Positions 62,915 to 64,000 of a stretch of DNA of 64,000 nt are shown here, piece after piece (the stretch's first letter is position 1; each line of letters starts with the position of its first letter). The position numbers and the translations under genes are program-made. The stretch comes from an uncultured Solirubrobacterales bacterium. Lineage in GTDB: Bacteria; Actinomycetota; Thermoleophilia; Solirubrobacterales; 70-9. The stretch is taken from positions 552,197-616,196 of the forward strand of contig CAVVYV010000008.1 of assembly GCA_963752585.1 (NCBI GenBank), read 5' to 3'. The notes beneath the pieces were generated by a model that saw only the letters and a list, made by a program, of their open reading frames with translations, did not search any database and was not told where the DNA came from.

Positions 62915-63712
62915 TCAGCCGCCGATCGGAGCCCTCGGGTTGGCGCCCCAGAAGGCAAGGGTTCCGAGCATCCCGATCAGGTGGACGAGGACGATGTTGA
63001 GGAACATCGACTTCGCGGTAGCCGTGCCCACCCCGACGGGCCCGCCCCTGGCGGTGTAGCCGTAGTAGCAGCCGACGAGAACGATCACGGTCGCCATCGC
63101 CATCCCCTTGATCAGGCTGAATGCGAGGTCGGGCGGGTTCTGGAACATCCAGAAGATCAGGAAGTAGCCGCCCGACGAGACATCCCCGATCTGCTCGACC
63201 ACGGCGATCCAGCTCGCGAAGAAGGCGACGCCAACCGCTCCCACATACATGAACGGGAGCACGATCCAGGCCGCGAGCAGGCGGGTGGCGGCCAGGAAGG
63301 TGACCGGCGGCACGCCCATCACCTCGAGCGCGTCGATCTCGTCCGAGATCCGCATCGCCCCGAGCTCGGCGACGATCCCGGTGCCGACCTTCGCCGCCAT
63401 CATGTACCCGAAGGCGTAGGGGACGAGCTCGCGCAGGTCGCACCAGGCGGCGAAGACGCCGGCGTATGCCGGAGCGCCTTGGGCGCGCAGCAGGTAGGCA
63501 CCCTCGATCCCGCACTGGAGGCCGATGATGAAGACCAGGCCCCAGATCACGAGCGTCGATCCCAGGATCAGGATTCCCGCTTGCCTGAGGGTCTCGCCGA
63601 AGAACTGGAAGACCCGGCCGCTGTAGACCAGCCCCATTACCCGGGCACAGAAGCCGAAGATCTCGCCGAGCCCGGCGAGCCAGGAGCGCGGGACCGCGAT
63701 CCAGCCGTTCAT
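62915..63712 (-). CDS. MlaE/YrbE-family ABC transporter permease (Mce-associated type)
   Basis: ATG 63712 (ATGA overlap with the upstream small ORF). ...FFGETLRQAGILILGSTLVIW...GIVAELGAMRISDEIDALEVMGVPPVTFLAATRLLA...GGPVGVGTATAKSMFLNIVLVHLIGMLGT... fits MlaE. Confidence 0.8.
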   Translation of the reverse strand: MNGWIAVPRSWLAGLGEIFGFCARVMGLVYSGRVFQFFGETLRQAGILILGSTLVIWGLVFIIGLQCGIEGAYLLRAQGAPAYAGVFAAWCDLRELVPYAFGYMMAAKVGTGIVAELGAMRISDEIDALEVMGVPPVTFLAATRLLAAWIVLPFMYVGAVGVAFFASWIAVVEQIGDVSSGGYFLIFWMFQNPPDLAFSLIKGMAMATVIVLVGCYYGYTARGGPVGVGTATAKSMFLNIVLVHLIGMLGTLAFWGANPRAPIGG

Positions 63713-63939
63713 CGGCCTTCGTCCAGGATTCGGATCATCACGAGCCCCGTGCCGAGGGTGAGAGCGGCGAGGACGCCCGCCCCTGGATAGACGACGGCGG
63801 CGCCGAGGCCGCTGCCGTAAAGCAGCCACAACCAGAGCATCGGGATCACCGCGATCAGCGCGGCGGCGCCAAGCCCGAGCAGGACGCGGTCCAAGGCTCC
63901 TTGCGGCAGGGGCAGTCGAACGTGCTCCCGCTCCCTCAT
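63709..63939 (-). CDS. Small membrane protein (2 TM helices), translationally coupled to the MlaE-like permease
   Basis: 76-aa ORF. Helices: VLLGLGAAALIAVIPMLWLWLLY and VVYPGAGVLAALTLGTGLVMI. The stop overlaps the permease ATG. Confidence 0.4.
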   Translation of the reverse strand: MREREHVRLPLPQGALDRVLLGLGAAALIAVIPMLWLWLLYGSGLGAAVVYPGAGVLAALTLGTGLVMIRILDEGR

Positions 63940-64000
63940 GGCCCGATCGTGAACGGCTGCGAGCGCTACCGCATCAGGGAACGACCCTGAACTTTTGCCT

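Overview
This is a high-GC (about 70%) chromosomal segment from an Actinomycetota-like bacterium. Gene order follows the conserved actinobacterial block tilS-hpt-ftsH-folP-folB-folK ... coaX ... lysS ... clpC. A class-level guess of Thermoleophilia or Rubrobacteria is tentative. I count about 70 protein-coding loci, tightly packed, with many ATGA/GTGA start-stop overlaps and convergent genes sharing a CTAG stop. I recognised no rRNA, tRNA, CRISPR, transposase, integrase or phage genes. Content: housekeeping genes (FtsH, ClpC, LysS, GreA, CoaX, Dus, folate genes); a TPP-riboswitch-controlled ThiXYZ-like ABC transporter; a polyphosphate-themed neighbourhood (CYTH, CHAD, PPK2 around a MoxR-VWA pair); fatty-acid oxidation genes; two Ca2+ exchangers; two class III nucleotide cyclases (one a zinc-ribbon-cyclase-STAND-TPR giant, one fused to a MerR HTH); a tri-domain peptidoglycan hydrolase; three tandem secreted CAP/SCP-domain paralogues; and a DUF4331-TPR-Fur trio. 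The dominant sequence-level feature is that roughly half of the loci have their homology-consistent reading frame broken by single-base indels, often in short homopolymers. These occur in a patchy pattern that spares several multi-kb blocks. I typed these loci as pseudogene, meaning 'frame interrupted as written'. The indels hit indispensable genes, and the fragments still look like undegraded protein, so assembly or consensus error is the more likely cause. I did not find a self-contained, clearly novel system such as a defence island. The best follow-up candidates are the DUF4331-TPR-Fur module with its tandem 7-1-7 palindromes, the structured leader in front of the MerR-cyclase gene, the EVE-DUF2203 pair next to the STAND cyclase, and the CYTH/CHAD/MoxR-VWA/PPK2 cluster. 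All family assignments come from reading the translations; no searches were run.
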